Of a stretch of DNA of 5,575 nucleotides, positions 4,205 to 5,575 are shown one piece after another (the first letter of the stretch is position 1; each line of letters begins with the position of its first letter). The translations under genes and the position numbers were made by a program. This DNA is from a virus. Location of the stretch: positions 1 through 5,575 of the IMG/VR virus record IMGVR_UViG_3300045988_000304. One strand, written 5' to 3'. The notes under the pieces were generated by a model. It worked only from the letters and a program-made list of their open reading frames with translations. It was not told where the DNA came from and made no database searches.

Positions 4205-4307
4205 AGTCCGCAAGTCCAAAGACGCAAAAATTTACAACAAGACCGCACGAAAGACCAAAGCTATTAACTTGGGAAGCGGCGCAATGCGAGGAGGCATCAG
4301 ATTATGA
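4188..4307 (+). CDS. small basic DNA-binding protein (phiX174 J / gokushovirus VP8-like), 39 aa
   Basis: This ORF is below the track's size cut-off. ATG at 4188 lies 8 nt after AGGAG (4175-4179). The product is MGKRNKVRKSKDAKIYNKTARKTKAINLGSGAMRGGIRL, with 13 of 39 residues K or R. Its C-terminal RGGIRL resembles the RGGxR(L/F) ending I recall for small DNA-binding proteins of SpV4 and gokushoviruses. Its stop overlaps the next start (ATGA at 4304-4307). Confidence 0.7.
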   Translation: MGKRNKVRKSKDAKIYNKTARKTKAINLGSGAMRGGIRL

Positions 4308-4543
4308 TTAACGTATATGGTATCTATGACCAGTGTGCTATGTGCTATATTACCACCTTTAACGAGCGCGACGACAAAGTCGCCGAGCGCAATTTTAAGA
4401 TTGCGCTGATGGACGAGCACAACATCATGAGCAAAACGCCGAGCGACTACCGGCTTGTGAGACTCGCAAAGTTTGACGAGCGAAACGGCGATTTTGAGGA
4501 AGCAAAGGAGAATATCTACGATGGCATTTCGATCGGTAAGTAA
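4304..4543 (+). CDS. small conserved microvirus nonstructural protein (VP5-like), 79 aa
   Basis: ATG at 4304 lies 9 nt after GAGGAGG (4288-4294). The product begins MINVYGIYDQCAMCYITTFNERDDKVAERNFKIALMDEH...DYRLVRLAKFDERNGDF. This fits my memory of the ~80-aa protein found just upstream of VP3 in gokushoviruses. The VP5 label is from memory, not from a search. Confidence 0.65.
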   Translation: MINVYGIYDQCAMCYITTFNERDDKVAERNFKIALMDEHNIMSKTPSDYRLVRLAKFDERNGDFEEAKENIYDGISIGK

Positions 4544-5015
4544 TTTCCGCGAGACAGCGGAGGAATGGCAGACCGAAGCCGGCGAAACCGTAAGACGGAC
4601 ATACCTCTGGGAACGAAACGAAAAAGGCGAAAAGGTGCTAAAGCTCGACCAAATCATCGACCAGCAAGCAGAAATCGACAGCTACCTGGAAGAAACCAAG
4701 ATCGAAAACATCATCCGACGGGCAAGCATCGACCCAAACATTGCAGCGCGAATCGCGCCAGACCTTGGCGGAGGCATCCAAGACTTTACCGAGATGCCGC
4801 AGACGCTGGCAGAGCTCCAAAATATCATGATCCGAGCTGAACAGATTTGGGATGAAATACCAAAAGAAGCAAAGCTCAAATTTGACAACGACGTCGATAA
4901 ATTTATCTCGTCGTTTGGTACAGCAGAATGGGCTAAAAATCTGGGAATTTACACCGACGAAAAAACCACAACAGAAGCAACCAAAGCAACCGAAACAACG
5001 GAGGCAACTGAATGA
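4521..5015 (+). CDS. VP3: internal scaffolding protein VP3, 164 aa
   Basis: ATG at 4521 lies 10 nt after AAGGAG (4505-4510), which I prefer over the track's TTG at 4473. The block DFTEMPQTLAELQNIMIRAEQIWDEIPKEAKLKFDNDVDKFISSF matches the conserved core of gokushovirus VP3. It sits immediately upstream of VP1, and its stop overlaps the VP1 start. Confidence 0.8.
   Translation: MAFRSVSNFRETAEEWQTEAGETVRRTYLWERNEKGEKVLKLDQIIDQQAEIDSYLEETKIENIIRRASIDPNIAARIAPDLGGGIQDFTEMPQTLAELQNIMIRAEQIWDEIPKEAKLKFDNDVDKFISSFGTAEWAKNLGIYTDEKTTTEATKATETTEATE
4968..5012 (+). repeat. five imperfect 9-nt (3-codon) tandem repeats encoding the TTE-ATK-ATE-TTE-ATE tail of VP3
   Basis: The sequence reads ACAACAGAA GCAACCAAA GCAACCGAA ACAACGGAG GCAACTGAA. 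The fourth unit contains the GGAGG SD of VP1. Confidence 0.7.
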
Positions 5016-5575
5016 ACAGAAACAAAGACGCGGGATTTAATCAAGTACCAAGACTAAACATCACGCGAAGCCGCTTTAAGCGGCGGCAGGACGTCAAACT
5101 AACAATGAACGCAGGCCAGCTAATCCCGTTTTATGTCGATGAAGTGCTTCCGGGCGATACCTTTAGCATCGACCAAGCGGCGATCATCCGCATGACAACG
5201 CCCATCTTTCCAGTGATGGACAACTGCTACATGGACATCTATTATTTTTTCACTCCTAACCGGATTTTGTGGAAAAACTGGAAACGATTTATGGGCGAAA
5301 ACGACAACGGACCGTGGGCACAGAAGCAAGAATACACCATACCGCAAATCGCATGTAACTACGGGACGGCAGAAAATCCACTGCCAAAAGAAGGAAGCAT
5401 CATGGACTACATGGGCGTCCCAACAAAAGTAAACAAAAGTAAAGAAACAGCATTTTACATAAACGCGCTGCCGTTCCGAGCATATGCAATGATATGGCAA
5501 GAGTGGTTTAGAGACCAAAACATAGATAACCCAGCAATCAACTCAGTAGACGACGCAACAGTGGACTACAGAGAC
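5012..5575 (+). CDS. VP1: major capsid protein VP1 (phiX174 F-like), N-terminal part; runs off the window end and continues at base 1
   Basis: The ATG at 5012 overlaps the VP3 stop (ATGA), with GGAGG at 5000-5004 seven nt upstream. My own translation is open to the window end: MNRNKDAGFNQVPRLNITRSRFKRRQDVKLTMNAGQLIPFYVDEVLPGDTFSIDQAAIIRMTTPIFPVMDNCYMDIYYFFTPNRILWKNWKRFMGEN... This is the conserved N-terminus of Microviridae capsid proteins. It is missing from the ORF track because it has no in-window stop. The frame is continuous with 1-1183 across the 55-nt duplication (5520 is divisible by 3). Confidence 0.95.
   Translation, partial: MNRNKDAGFNQVPRLNITRSRFKRRQDVKLTMNAGQLIPFYVDEVLPGDTFSIDQAAIIRMTTPIFPVMDNCYMDIYYFFTPNRILWKNWKRFMGENDNGPWAQKQEYTIPQIACNYGTAENPLPKEGSIMDYMGVPTKVNKSKETAFYINALPFRAYAMIWQEWFRDQNIDNPAINSVDDATVDYRD
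5521..5575. repeat. 55-nt exact terminal redundancy with bases 1-55 (circular-genome assembly overlap)
   Basis: CATAGATAACCCAGCAATCAACTCAGTAGACGACGCAACAGTGGACTACAGAGAC occurs at both ends of the window and lies inside the VP1 reading frame. Confidence 0.97.

Noticed and set aside
4473-4520. TTG start at 4473 for VP3 (180-aa form in the track)
   Set aside because: There is no SD upstream of 4473. An ATG at 4521 is preceded by AAGGAG at the proper distance, and the extra 16 codons lie deep inside the VP5-like gene.
524-5518. Other minus-strand ORFs (524-997, 1116-1313, 1350-1562, 1590-1814, 1694-1876, 1857-2177, 2143-2349, 2526-2816, 2938-3138, 3942-4127, 4022-4219, 4232-4657, 4638-4820, 4682-4888, 5120-5518)
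   Set aside because: All are antisense to well-supported + strand genes and are Cys/Leu/Phe-rich, as expected from reading the complement of A-rich coding DNA. None has a convincing SD, and none has any family resemblance.

Overview
The window holds one complete, circularly permuted ssDNA microvirus genome (Microviridae, gokushovirus-like gene set). Bases 1-55 recur exactly at 5521-5575, so the unit genome is 5,520 nt. The major capsid gene starts at 5012, runs off the right edge and continues at base 1. All credible genes are on the + strand. In order they are VP1 capsid (5012..5520 joined to 1..1183), VP2 pilot/minor capsid (1225-2103), VP4 HUH replication initiator (2105-3124) and a 497-nt gene-free control region (3125-3621). 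After that come three small orphan ORFs (3622-3801, about 3874-3978, 3983-4204), a 39-aa basic J/VP8-like DNA-binding protein missed by the ORF track (4188-4307), a VP5-like small protein (4304-4543) and the VP3 scaffold (4521-5015). Transcription looks like a single unit. It would start at a textbook sigma-70 promoter (3569-3597) and end at a strong hairpin terminator after VP4 (3136-3184), with internal attenuator hairpins after the first small ORF and after VP1. The unusual part is the noncoding region. It contains a GC-rich alternating purine/pyrimidine palindrome, a 25-nt pure A/T tract and (TAG)5. It also has an array of eight same-strand TGTTGAA/TGTTGAT repeats, one perfect and several near-perfect DnaA boxes, and a GC-rich nested hairpin. 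That layout resembles a bacterial oriC-type unwinding module (AT-rich element, DnaA-trios, GC cluster, DnaA boxes) rather than anything I know from Microviridae. This reading is inference from motifs only. The orphan ORFs have no function I can recognise. No tRNA, CRISPR array, integrase or transposase is visible.
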